Assembly (NCBI GenBank): GCA_040954595.2
Contig: CM082594.2
Location: 2,899,319-2,963,318, forward strand
From: Balanoglossus misakiensis
Lineage: Eukaryota > Animalia > Hemichordata
Length of the DNA stretch: 64,000 nt
Direction: 5' to 3'
This document shows, in pieces, positions 21,901 to 34,600 of this stretch (its first letter is position 1; every line of letters starts with the position of its first letter). The position numbers were made by a program, and so were the translations under genes. Below the pieces are notes generated by a model, which was not told where the DNA came from, ran no database searches, and was given only the letters and a program-made list of their open reading frames with translations.

Positions 21901-22987
21901 GCTTCACTGTCGAGGAGCTTCTTTGACTTTGGCTGACGACTGCAAATCTCGCAATATCAAACAAGAACATCCAACGTCGTTCTCTGTTTTGAAACCGAAC
22001 CGCAGCACCTTTTAATATAACAGAGACTCGGAATGTTTGAAGGGCTATCATTTTTTCCGAAAATCTGCCACCGACGGCCAGCCCATACCACCTTAAACAC
22101 AGGAAAAATAACTGTGGGCAGCAAAACGTAACCAAGCAACACAAATTTTGTTTAGAATTGTATCAAACGAACATTTGTTCAGGTAGTACTTTAATGGGAA
22201 CCGATAAACACTTTTCACTTTTTCGAAAAGAACTTAGCCCAGTTGTCGAGTTTTAATTGAGACTACCACAGTGCATTGAGTAGAAAGGCTTATAATACAT
22301 ATAGCCTTTCCTAGGCTAATTGAATGGCATTGCTGTAATCCACTCAGACAAAGGACGAGCGGAGGTCTACTGTTTTATTCTTTTCCACTGTGTCCTTAGG
22401 TTAAAGCAAACCATAAAATAAGGCTTGTTTTTGTGGTACCATGTGGTTTAAAAGAATGCTGAGGGTGTTACTCCGTTCAGTAACCTCCAATTAAACTTTA
22501 TCAGCAAACAACACTGTCTGAAGTTGGCAGTGGAAAGTTTAATGCACTTTCTGATACACTTAAGGATATGTCTGTCGTGTTTACTGGAGAAATATAGCCT
22601 GGTCGTGTGCCAAACATAACATCTAGGGCATGCTCAACTCTGCCAGCAAGTATGCGTTATTTTACTTATTTTATGTTCAAACTTATGGTGACCCATTTAA
22701 ATGAGCTAGCTGATGAGTAAAGCAAACATATTATCAACCTCTGTTTGTGGCTGCACATAGAAATATCAACAAATTTAGTGTGGCGCGTACACCGAGAACA
22801 GCCAAGACAGAGAACAGAACAGCCAAGTCAAAGACAGAGAACGGAACAGCCAAAGACAGTGCCTAACTCTACACATGATATTAAGCAGGTTGATGTAATG
22901 GGGAGACCGCCAAGATAAAAAACTACCTGGAAATGTTACCAATTCTACTACCCCCATATCTTCATTATCGCCCGTTTTTCGGTACAT
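6796..22987 (-). CDS. Gene A: multi-exon type II membrane mosaic protein, about 1130 aa (short tail, TM, 5x uncharacterised Cys-containing beta domain, C-type lectin, 5x LDL-receptor class A)
   Basis: Phase-compatible GT/AG exons: 22927-22987 (tentative ATG exon), 18670-18768, 18033-18116, 16736-17314, 16056-16469, 15426-15854, 13678-14085, 12571-12972, 12095-12244, 11680-11821, 10966-11036, 9850-9954, 9282-9392, 8700-8816, 8001-8105, 6796-6917 (TAA); total 3399 nt, in frame. Confidence 0.82.
7117..7501. mobile_element. MITE with about 55-bp TIRs (TAGTCTGGTCCCCTGCCCC...) and a 9-bp TSD CGTTAACAC, Mutator-like by TSD length
   Basis: Long inverted ends; left flank CGTTAACAC, right flank CGTTAA[insertion]CAC; a solo copy of the TIR sits at 50071-50114. 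Confidence 0.85.
7508..7702. mobile_element. Kolobok-type MITE with TTAA TSD
   Basis: TTAA-AGGTATACAGTCAC ... GTGACTGTATACCT-TTAA. Confidence 0.85.
8254..8447. repeat. (CAATA)n pentanucleotide microsatellite, intronic
   Basis: Direct reading; degenerates at the 3' end. Confidence 0.98.
9397..9510. repeat. (GATT)n/(GGTT)n compound microsatellite
   Basis: Direct reading. Confidence 0.85.
10453..10599. repeat. Long imperfect hairpin, probably the end of a non-autonomous transposon
   Basis: GCCCTGGCCATTAACGTTTGTTTATGGGC pairs with GCCCATAAACAAACGTTAATGGTCAGGGC; inner AAAGCCAAAA/TTTTGGCTTT. Confidence 0.8.
10966..12244 (-). CDS. Gene A C-type lectin domain (3 exons), QPD motif
   Basis: [18 protein letters not shown]; [19 protein letters not shown]...[18 protein letters not shown]; [18 protein letters not shown]. 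Confidence 0.92.
11088..11204. repeat. Imperfect hairpin element
   Basis: ATTAAATAAAGAAT/ATTCTTTATTTAAT outer arms; GTACATGTACGACC/GGTCGTACATGTAC inner arms. Confidence 0.75.
12229..15208. repeat. Tandem duplication of an exon with flanking intron (about 12229-13299 and 13300-15208)
   Basis: Exons 12571-12972 and 13678-14085 are highly similar; shared intron blocks such as TGGTATTTGATAGT.TCTGAACAAAA and ATTTCTCGATTCTT...GATCATATCG. Confidence 0.9.
12571..17314 (-). CDS. Gene A: five tandem 134-193 aa beta-rich domains of unrecognised family, one per exon
   Basis: Shared pattern DVVMG...F.L.V.I ... C....(F/Y)ICV(E/D)V.P....W.W......C.....C in five phase 1-1 exons. Confidence 0.85.
14546..15107. 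mobile_element. Non-autonomous insertion with a terminal hairpin (14546-14608) and a matching inverted end
   Basis: AGAATCTCACACTCCCAAGGACCTGGG/CCCAGGTCCTTGGTGTGTGAGATTCT; far end GGAGTGTGAGAA; absent from the paralogous intron copy near 13190-13215. Confidence 0.65.
18670..18768 (-). CDS. Gene A transmembrane / signal-anchor exon
   Basis: KTGHKRK followed by [24 protein letters not shown]; basic residues N-terminal to the hydrophobic stretch indicate type II topology. Confidence 0.8.
19325..21200 (+). pseudogene. Decayed Crypton (CryptonA/DUF3504-type tyrosine recombinase, ZMYM/KIAA1958-like) ORF
   Basis: [98 protein letters not shown]; stop near 19415, frameshift near 19675, insertion at 20005, C-terminal catalytic Tyr region missing. 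Confidence 0.9.
20005..20973. mobile_element. Foldback-like non-autonomous TIR element with AT TSD (ISL2EU/PIF-Harbinger-like)
   Basis: AT-AGTCCTGTTTCA ... TGAAACAGGACT-AT; long internal inverted arms (about 20075-20310 vs 20657-20893) built from TAGGTCTTATTA-type subrepeats. Confidence 0.85.
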
Positions 22988-24058
22988 CACATCAGATAAA
23001 GGGGAAAATGTTTAATATTTTAATGGAAACTTCGTTTTAAAGCCGGACTTAAGGTTTGTAATGTACGGATTGTATACATTTTTTGTCCTCAAAAGATAAT
23101 CCCCTTACAGCTCATGCAACAGTAAAAATGAAACTTAAAAAACTAGCCAGTAAAACCACGCAGAAACACAACAAATTCACACAGACGATAAAAACATAGA
23201 CATTCAGGGATTATGATTTCTGATGGCCATTGGCACTAAGCTCTTGCTGAACCCCAGCTTAGAACACTTGATGCAACGATGTCTATGACCTGCGGGTAAC
23301 ATTTCAAAGCAGGAGTACAATGGAGGGTTTACATCAGCAGTGGGATCCCACTCAGTGTTGCACTATCGACAAGCTCTGTGAGAAACGGCGTGGCTCTCCT
23401 AATAATCTTAGATGCTATGTGGTTCGATGCGATTTATTCACAACAATATTGCAGACATTCAACGACACAGGGCCGTACGACACAAGTACATTATCTGGAT
23501 TTCAACACTTCGCAACATATGTGATCTTGGTATGCTAAACAACTTCACAATCACAACAACCAATGACAAACGTCACAAAATGCACCTGGTGAATGACACA
23601 GTTCGACTAGCCAGCCAATCGGATTAAAATCAGATGAAGGGAACGGCGACGTGGTTTTCTTATGCTGTCGCCTCACACAGTATAAGAAGTAGGCGACAGC
23701 AAAGAAAACCGTACCGCGTAAGTAAAAGACGTCACCGTAACCCACATCTGACTTTAATCAGATTGTCAGCCAGCGCACTTGTCACATGGTTAGTGAGGTG
23801 CCAGGTACCATCATTCGGAACTCAACTTTTGACGGACAAACAAAATGGCTGAATTAGTGACGAGAACGACCTATTCATAACGCGGAGCAATTTCTGACAA
23901 CCAAATGAAAGTGCACGTCATGACTGTGAGGATATGGACTGGATTTGCAAGATTCTGGTCGCCACATTGAAGATAGTTTACATAAAACATCTCAATGAAA
24001 ATCGAGGGTGCCTTGTCTACTGGCTTGCAGCACCAATTGCGAACATCCTCTACTTTAA

Positions 24059-24142
24059 CCCTTTCACCCCCAGATCCTCTTTAGTGGTTCATCCTTACCA
24101 TAGAAAACAATGGGTTTGGACTGAACAATGGTGGTGAAAGGG
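24059..24142. mobile_element. 84-bp piggyBac-like MITE with TTAA TSD
   Basis: TTAA-CCCTTTCACC ... GGTGAAAGGG-TTAA; same family as 40480-40563. Confidence 0.8.
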
Positions 24143-24300
24143 TTAAATTACGTCTTCATTTCAGTACGAGGCATACTAGTTTTCAGTAAGAGATTGTATG
24201 CGCAAAATGCACCGGTGCAAGAATTTTAATTCACCAACTCTTATCATACACCAGAAAAAAACGAATTGTTTACAATTCACAATTAATTTTCAAGTCTGTG

Positions 24301-27300
24301 TTAAAATGCATCGACATAAGACACAACATAGTTGTTAGAGTTGTACAGTCCGGCCTGATTAATGGCTGTGATAACCACGTGATACTCCTTGGACGGATCA
24401 ACATTATCCACTATTATCTGCGTTTCCATGGTTTCCAGCCATTTCAGCACGTCATTGCTCGAGTAGGCCGTACCAACTGTCAGTTCATAGACAAGGCTTG
24501 AGTTGCTGACGAAAGCACCAGTCCAGTTCAAATGCAAGGTGTCATCTGACAACCACGTGACCGACAGCTCAGGCTCTATGCATTACAAGACACAGGGAAG
24601 AAAAGATGACCATTGTTTATAGGGGAACAAACAATTTATAGGGGAACAAACAATTTATAGAGGAACAAACATTCTTGCATAAACAACACCTCGTGGTTTT
24701 ATTCTCTAACAAAATTGGAGGTGGTACCCATCCAGTATTTGGGCTATATATTCTCAGTATGTTTGTTTTGGAAATCAACTGTAGTTTCTTGTGTTACTCT
24801 GTCCAACGTAAAAAATAACAGTATCTGTTTTTACAACACACCTCTTTTGGTACAATCAGCATTGATAGTTGAAAATTCAGGACTTAATACTCAATTGCCA
24901 AATCGGCTTTGTTGAGACGCGAAAGACTGGTCATTTTAGTAAATCTCTCCAGAGTAGAATATGAAGACAAAGTAGATACATAGGATAAAAATACTAATTA
25001 TTGGTACCTTTTATTATTGGTGGTTCCGTTTCAATGGATAAGTTGGCAGAAACGCATGCGCTATAAATGTCTCCGTAATTGACGGCTCTGACAAGTATTC
25101 CATAGGTCTCGTAGGAATTCAGGTGAAAGCCGTGGACCAGGGCAAACGTTTCTCCACCTTCAGCAACGTCGGTCCAATCAAACACTTTACCTTCCTTACT
25201 GTGCATCGTACACTGGAATAAGTGAAAACAAAGAACAATGAACAGGATTAATTACAAACGGTCCTGAGTGGTCTCACAGTGAAAACCAATTCCACCAAAA
25301 TCAAGAATTACCTGGTAATGTGATAGGCCGGCAATATCCTGAAATCCTCGCCAAGAAAAATTCACTGAATTTGTTATTGATTGGTGATCTTCTCTTGTTG
25401 GATAGTGAGTTTCTGATGATATTATTAGTTCTACGATAGCATTATCAGCATCCGGGGCATCGGTTACTATGGTAACGCCATCGGTCATGACCACACTTGA
25501 CAATCCTATGTAATTGTGACAACGGATTGTAGAGAATAGTGTTTGTCCATGTCCAACTTGACCAGTCACATTAACCATGCTGTGATTCTTTTTGTCAGAT
25601 TGTGTGAAGTCTTGAATTTCTGAAGAGCCTGGGTCTAGACCTAAACACGTAAACAGGAGGATGGGTCATTAAAATAAATACTACTAGAAGATAAATGAAC
25701 AAACAACCAAATGAATGAATGAATGAATGAATGAAAGAATGAAAAACCCAAAGAAACAATCAAACACTGCCAGGAACGCACAATTGTCTCCATTTAAATG
25801 AGATCATTGACGTATGGGGCCTAACGTTATAGTATAACATTTACATTTTCCAGCTGATTAAAATCAGCTGAAGGGATTGGCTCCGTCTGTTCATTTACCG
25901 TGTTTTCGCTGTTCTCGTTATGTGTGGGAGATGCACCAGCAAATAAGACCTCGTATATAGACACGGAATCTAATCAGTTTTCTCACAGCTGATATTCATC
26001 AGACCCATATATATATCTTACCAACAGCACTCTCGCAGTAGTGAATCCCACTCTCGATATCTTCCACTGACCAATGAATTGATAATATCAACGAATTTTG
26101 ATAATCAATATCGTCTTCTCCGTCACCTTCCTGTCATATTAATTAGTAGAAATTATGAACTAGTCACACTAAAACAACACAATGAACGTTTGAAATTCAA
26201 TCTAACAGACAGTTGGTGTTTGAACCAAACAACCATTTGTAAAGACAGAACGAAATTTCCCGTTGTTAAACACGAAAAAGCTAGATATTACCTTCGCACA
26301 ACACAAGTTTGGAGCCGATGTGTCCACCACTGTTGCATCCGAATAAATGACAGATTCCAGCTCTGCTGCATTTCTTGTCACAACTGTAACAAAAACTTGT
26401 GATCCTTGAAAAAGTGTCAATCCATGACATGTAGCTGATGTTTTCTTTCCAGTCGACGTAAATCCTAGCAACTGGGTTCCTCCTGCAAGTAATTACGGAC
26501 AGTTCGAAGTCACAAAAGTGCTACAGACACAAACGTACATATTTATAACACTTAGTTTTTTAATGGCCAGTAAAGTCCAAGCTTGTCCAATTGACGCAAT
26601 CAAAACATCTAAATATGACTCATATAATGTTGTAAGCGATTTCACAACAGATATACATGTGGTTCTCCGAGGTTCGAAAATATTATGTTAAGGCTAAGAC
26701 TGAAAAGCGGGCAATAAATGTGACTTCATTTTCTTAGCCTTTCTGTTTCGCCTATTAAAGAACGTTTACCTTTAACAGTGCCAATTGCCCATATATTTTC
26801 TGTGATTGGACTTTCCACGTCAATAACGTCCCAACGTGCGTGTACTGAATACAATTCCCCAACATTCTGTATCTCAACATGAATGACACTCGAAAGGTCG
26901 TTCATCGGATGATTTGGATCTTCGTGTTGTCCCCGCTCTCCTTCACTGAGCATGCGTACCTCTACCTGGTCAATGGCAATTCCTGTTGGGGGGAAATGTT
27001 TTGTGTTGATGTCAAACGTTGTATAATGTGTGCATGGTCTGTGTAAATACAGTTGCGTATTTTTCCGCTGTTTATTTGTAGTGGGTATTTGTCTATTGAC
27101 AACTTTTCAACGTACCATTTTGACCTAACGAGCCCAGGGTCAATGTGGTTGCGTCATCTTCTGCGATGAAGTATTCTTGGTGTAACTCCCAAACCAGTTT
27201 GCTTTCATCGTTGGAGTCGCTGTCATGATCAAATCCACCTTTTCGTTGATAGAGTTTGAAAACTTGATTCACACGAGACACTCTCATAAAGCCTTCCTGG

Positions 27301-28620
27301 TTTAAGGCTGGTGTACTTGACCGAGGAATGTGGCTTGCATAGAATTGCATGCTATATTTTTCTCCGGCAGTTGTGTTGAAAGTTTGGGTAATTTCACCAA
27401 AGAGCATCGCGAAAGAATCGCCATGTTTGGCCACTTTGTAATGGCATGTGGCCGCGTGTGCTTTTCCATCCACCGTCCAGTGCTTGGGGGCGCCCTGTAG
27501 TACGCAATCGTCAACGTTGAAAGGCAAAGTGTCATTTGCAACGTCAGATTCCTCAAAAGATGGGTTTAAGAGTACGTTGTCACTGAAGTTGAATTTCTGT
27601 AACGCTTCAGGTGGACTTGTGTCTATGACGATTCCATTAGATGAAGAGGGGTCCGATTCCAGTCCAGCTGCGTCAACAGCAATAACCGTGGAGTACACCT
27701 TAGTCCCTAGAGAGAGAAAGTAAATGTCGCCAGTGTCAAGGCTTTTTCAGAAGAATTTTCTGATGCATGCGGAAAAAATCAATTGTAACGTTCACAAGTG
27801 TATACGCTGACTGAAAATGGCGAGCTGTTGTTTTAGATCCTACACAATTAATTCCGTGTTTATTTCGTACTCAGTTGAACTTTTCTTATTGAATTGTGTA
27901 GTATATTGATGTATGATATAAAGGACGCGTTCTGTAATTGTTTCTGACTATTTTTTTCAGTTTTTTTTTAATCGGCGTATAACTACATTTTCTTGTACTC
28001 CTCTCTATAGTATCCCAACACGACCTGGTCAGATTTGCTTGTCAACAAGTCACCATGTGTACCCATTGTTGATTTTGGTGACAGACGAATTCATGTCCGG
28101 ACTAGAATAAAATTTGTAACCATTTAACCCAGCCTCAGACAGCCAATCTACAAACAACGGTTGACAAACAAAATGAGAATACTAAAAAAACATGAAAGTC
28201 ACAAGTAGCGAACCCTTAATGACACCAGAGATTCTGTGTACGTAATGGGGGAAATAACAACAACTTTCGATTTACCAGATGCAAGTGGATGTCTTAAAGC
28301 CTGTGTCTGTGACACTTGCAGTCCAACCGAGTGGCAGGGAATGACATCTTCAGCACCAGGTGTTGTACCAACGCACCAGAGGTAATTGTCTATGAACGAC
28401 TGCAGATCAGAAAACCCATGCCAAGAAGCAGACATGACTGTGCTTGAATTCTGGTAGGCTGCATCGTAAATGTTTAGGCCATCATAAACAACGCCATTTG
28501 TTGGCCTGACTCTGTCGACCTTTCAATGAAAGAGAAAATTATACACATGGTGTTCATAGAAGTTTCATGAAACTGTTAGTATTATTGTTGCCGTTTTATA
28601 CATTGCTGTTGTAATGTTTG

Positions 28621-28652
<32 letters not shown>

Positions 28653-31600
28653 GGTGGTGGTTGTGATTTTGTTTTGTTCCTCTTTCTGTTTTATCGGTGA
28701 GGATGACGATGATGATTCACTTACTAGAATACCATCTGACGAAGCACTTGTATAAAGTCCCGAATGAGTGTAAGCCACAACATTTGCATAATAGCGAACG
28801 CCTGATTCCAGATGTAGATCAGAAAACCAAACCTCATATTCAGTAGCTGCATGACGAGAAAGATTGTAGGCTCTGACATCATCACCTGAAATTATAATAT
28901 TTCAAATGTCACTTTCTCTGTGTGCACCCTTTTGTAAAGCTATAGGCAGTGTGCAGGAGCGCCCGCACAGGAATGAATCTTTCAGTCTATCGTCACTGTT
29001 ACTTGCTTTGGCAAACATCATGGACTAGTGAATGGCGCTATTTACATCAGTGACTAACAGTGCGATATAAAGTTTGTTCTATGTAAGGAAAATCGTACAC
29101 TGGGTAACATATATGGTTGATTCTGATTTCACAGATAATACATCACTGGAACTCTCCAATCAAACAGAAAAAAGAAACTGGAAAAGTGTGTTAATTAACA
29201 ATACAGTGTAAGAACAGCCATTGGCAGAATCACAACCACATATCAGCTGAAGCATCTCTAATGAGATCTGAAGAATATTCTTTTCCATGACTTCGTTGTT
29301 TATTTGTTTGTTTTCAGAATGCGTATCTTTGCTAGTGCTGTTTAAATTTTAATGATATAGTAAAAGTTAATCAGCGCACCTCCTTTGTATGTACTGACAG
29401 AGACTTCAAAGAAAGCAATGTCGCCATTGAAAACATTCCTCCAGGAAACGCCCAGTGTTTCGGTTGATATTGTGTAGTCCATATCCACTGGCTCCGATAA
29501 ATTATGCAAATCCTTAACCTATGCGAGAAATACAGCATGTTAATATATCACCCGTACAACACAAATTCGCCATCCTAAAGAACCAGGATTGAAATATTAA
29601 AGTAATACGTACATGTCTCGATCCGGACACTGTTGGTGGAGTGAACTGGACCTTTACACCATTAGATGAAAATATAGTATACGTGTCCTCATTGTACCAC
29701 GCCTTTACATAGAACACGTACTCCACACCATTTTCCAAAGGATCTATACAATAACAATTACTTCTTGTTAAAGAACACCTTACGTGTCAAGTATTTTTGC
29801 GGGAAGATGAATTGTTATACAGTTGCAGCAGTAAGTAAATTACAATCAATTAATACTCATTACTGCATAAAAGTGTTACTTTTTATTGATAGAGCCGACT
29901 TGATGATTCTGTCCATCACCACTGATACTGGTAATTAATCATTGCAACTCACAAGATTCACGTTTCTGCAACAGTATCGCACCGGTTTCTAGACCCACGT
30001 CGTGCCAGACACGGTCATTAGCAAGGTCGAATAGACCTGTTCCTGGGTCGCTGCCTTTCTTTCCTGCACTCCATTCGTACCGTGTAACCCGGTTACCTAT
30101 ACAGCAAGACAATGTTTTGTATCTGTACATTAAAGTATAGACTCTCTCACTGCCCACGGTTCGCTACAAGGCTCTTCACTGACGCGCCCTCAACCGTTTA
30201 GCAAAGGAGACGCCCCGGGCACACATGCAATCAGACCATAAGCCTGACCGGACGGCGAGAGGGGCTGTGAGAGAGTCTAATTTAAACCACGAAATACAAG
30301 AGGATCAGATTTATTTTAAATTGTACACGGCTTTCTACATCAACCATCAAGACTTTAGCAGTGTATCTATTTTTGGCAACCATTATCCGAATGTCGAATC
30401 ATTATTCACCTTCGGACGTCTTCGGACGTGAAGCAAAAAGTTTGAGGACACTCACCATACGCACATTATTATATGAACTTAGCTAAAGCTGTACGTTTAC
30501 ATACCAGCGCTTGAATTTGACGTTGTCCAGACAGCTGCCAATGCGCACGCAGATGGTGTAGAATCAATATCGACATGCTCGTATGGAGTTGGTCGATAAT
30601 CAACAATATCGACCACTTCACTGCCTGAAAGAGTAGAGTTAGACGAATCAGAACGTGATTTCAAATCATGGTATTCATATATCATACACAAATTATGAAT
30701 GAGACACGTATACACGTATTCCACAAGTGTTACAGCATTTCTAGTAAAGCAACTCAACCAACCGCTCAAGCAAAGCTCTTCGTTCCCGTCACAAAGTTGA
30801 TATTGTGGTGCGCATGTGCAGTCCCCTTGGCATGTTTGTGATGAACAGCGCCTCATTTCCACAAGCACGCCTTCGTAGTCGTTCGATCTTACAACTTCAA
30901 ATGTATCGTGAGCTTCCATACTTCTCATTCCAACCTGTATGTAACAACAAGACGAGAAAAAAATCCTATGTTTGGGCTTTTGCTCCATGTATCAACACTG
31001 GATTCTTGAATAGTTTTATGAAATGTCCAGAGCCTTACAATGATGAGTAATGGTCATTGTTGCTATTGTCAAATGAATTCACGTCCGGACTTGAATTCAA
31101 TTTAACTCACTGCAATTCATTATTGACGGCTAAAAAAATCAGCAATTCCTATCTTTTACAGAGTATAACAAGACACAGAAGTTATTGCCTAAACAAAAAT
31201 CCCGAGAAAATCTTGAAAAGTTGGAGTTACTGGAGCTGGAGAGAGAAATCACTTCATAAAGCTCTTAAGCAAGAAGCGCTCGTACCGTATGATGCTGGAA
31301 ATCATAAATGAATAACTCGCATGAACGGCCCGGTATAACATGTACATGTCATGTTCACCTGTATGGGACATATCAAAGAAACTACAACCTACCCCATTCA
31401 CAGCCCATAAAGTTATGTAAATGAATTCTCCAGGCGTCAGATCCCTGTTGATAGGGACAACTCCAGTTTGAACAGTGCCTTCGTCTTTATAGGAAGCGCC
31501 TTCTTCATGGTTCAACATGTGTGGGCCATCCTGGAAATACACAAAGTTTAGCCAATAATGTTTCAGTCGCGAGTGAAATGGAAAATCAACCTTTCTTTTT

Positions 31601-34600
31601 GTTTCACCACTATATGAGCCTTTAATTTGGTTGATTTAATGTCCTTATTGACTGCGATCGATGAAGTAAAATGGAATTTACCCGAAAAATTGTAAAACAC
31701 ATAACACCTTCAACACATCAGAAATCAGATTTTCCCCAGAATGTTGGAGTTTACTTACTGGAGTTAATTCTCGACCACTGTACTTCGTTCCGACCGTTGC
31801 ATAATAATGCGATATTTCTGAATGTATATCCGAGAAGCCACTATGTAGAGTGGGTTATACACTCAATATCCCAAACTCTTATTAACTCACCTCAATCGAC
31901 GGAATGTCCAAGAATGATTGATGATGGGTGTAAACCGAAAGAGTTTGTTTTTCAATGGGGCTCTCAGGATCAAAGAATTTCCATGTGACTCTCAAAAGAC
32001 TTCTCCAAACCTGAAATAATAATTTGCACTTTAAAGAATTCTGATGCTATCCCTAGTGTAAATTGCACGACTTTTGATCAGGTTAATTTTGTCAAGGAAA
32101 TATTTCACTCTTTGCATCTGCCATCAAATCGAATACGTGGCCAGTATTACTGTACCGAAGAATTAGATTTTGAGTTGTATATGTAAAACATCATTACCTG
32201 GGATCCCTCAAGAATGGAGCCTACACTGTCGTCAAAGGTCACTTCCTTCACAACAAGTGGACCTGACACATCTACAGTCAAACCGTTGGACGACCTTTCC
32301 ACGGATAAGCCTTAAAAATAAAAAAGACTCATATTTGCTTTAAAATGCTTTGCTAATACAATTTTTATTCGCAGTATTATTTACACAATTCGTCAAAGTT
32401 ACAGTGGGAACTCATAAAGTTTCAGCTCCAAGGTTAATGTAAAATTAACCGCTTTATTTTAAAACTTGTTTTCTCTTACCGGCTCTGTTCACAGCTTTGA
32501 CTGTGCTGAATATGGGGACTCCTACTGGTAGCAGATTTTCAAGTTTGGGAATGTAGACCTCTTCAGTGATATGAAGTTGTCTAGCAGGTATGACGTCATC
32601 CCAACCAGGGAATGTCCCAACTCTAAATTCATAGTGCGATAATTGGCTGTGGTAGTCATGGAAGTTATACCAGTGAACAGCAAATCTCTCCCTGTCATGG
32701 ATACAATAAAACATGTCTTATTAATATCTCCCATACTACATGTGTGTATACACATACTGTCGTAAACTATGGGACTGGAGTCGTACAATAAGTCAGGCCC
32801 ATACGCTTAGACCTGTAGCTGGTCCAATACACGTCACTTACTAAGCCCTCATCCATACAGGGTCATATTTTGTGAAACACAGTAATGCGGTGTCGTATAG
32901 AACGAACAAACAAGTGTGTAAACAATACAACAAAAAACAGGAGACTACCTGGAAGCCTGATAAACCCTGTCGCCATCATTTGGTCCGTCGAATATAATTC
33001 CGGCCACGGGCGGCGAGTCATCAGGAATGACACCATCAGAAGAAACCGTTGTACACAACCCAGCCGCATTACACGCGGTTACAGTGGAATAGTAACGGAT
33101 CCCTGGTTGCAAGTTAAGGTGCTTTGCTTCTGCATCTAGTAATATCAGAGTAACAAAAATGTTGTGTGTGTTGTTTTCTGTGAGTAATGTTACAACACAA
33201 ATTAAGATTTGGTTACTAGGTCATCTGATGTCTGACTGGAACCATCACAGGCAAATCGCCCATGAAACTGGTACTGGATAATTGGACGTAACTTTGCAGT
33301 AACAACATGAAGGCCATAGCGAAGCCACCGTGTGTACAGGCCTGTTTTAATATTTTTGAGAAAAGAGCAAGACTTTATTGTCGCCGATACCAAGATTCAC
33401 GTTCTGGCGTCGTGACTGTCCGTGAGACTCAGAGGCAGTCCGATTTGCATTCTCCTCCTTCGGATGTCCCCGTCGGATATCTCCGGTAGGAATTCTTTTC
33501 CCATCGGCTCGCCCATCATAATATAAAACTATCTGACTTGTGACTCGTGGAGACAAAAGCGGACGTTTCAACAGCAGGAATTGTATTTTTCCCTTTGGGT
33601 TGTGCTGCAGTGCTATGATTTTAAGCGACATTTCACGGGTGAAATGTTGATATACATGTAAAATGGTTTAGAAAGGGTTTCAGAGCGTACTCGAGGCAAT
33701 ATTGACATAACCGTGACACAAAGTTTAAAAGATAGTGCTGGGCCATTGCTTACGGAGAATGACTCTCGCCCTAATATACAATAACACATAGAAAACCCGG
33801 AATTGGTAGAATATGGCCTGAAACCAACAGGAACAGGGGGTGATAGTAACGGTAAAGTTTTAATAAAAGCCTTCTCGTTTTTTTAAGAGAGGTAATCTCA
33901 CCAGTTCGAATTCCCACATTCTGTTCTTGCATGACGTCATCACAACCTTTGCATGTACCGACGAACCATTTATACTCAACGATTTGGGAGTGTGGGTCAC
34001 TGAATCCTTTCCAGAACACAGCGAGTGAATCCATGTCTGTCTGTGGAATGTTCACACAAAATAAACAGAATATCACACCAAGGGTAGCCAAGTCAACACA
34101 TTTGCTCTGGAAAGATAGCTAAGTACCCGATGCAAAACGGTGACTTACCTGGTAATCGATGTCTTTCTGGTCATGCGTGTTATTGGATCGTCCGTCATAT
34201 ACTACACCAGCATTCGGTGGTGACGAATCTATCACTATGCCCCACGTAGTCGCAACATTATTCAGGCCAGCACCATTGTATGCCTGTGGGTACAATTCAT
34301 TTTCATTTATTATGTCAACCCGCGTGTATTTGAAACAAAGTGTTGAAGATACGAATATATGTTCAAAGGAAAGCATTATTATTGTTTAGTACCTGTAGAA
34401 GTGTCAGTTACCACAGGAAACTTTCTGGCCATTAAAACGAAATGCAGCTAGGAGTATTCTTGTGGTTTTGTTGCGTTTCACAAAGTTTCAAATGTGTATA
34501 TTTTAATATGTCTGTCTGTCTGTCTGCCGGGGATCATTGCCAACACATGTCGCTTACCCTAACAGAGACATAGTATGAATGCCCATCACGTAAATCAAGT

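Noticed and set aside
24616-24670. Three tandem copies of TTTATAGGGGAACAAACAA
   Set aside because: Short intronic minisatellite from slippage with no sign of function
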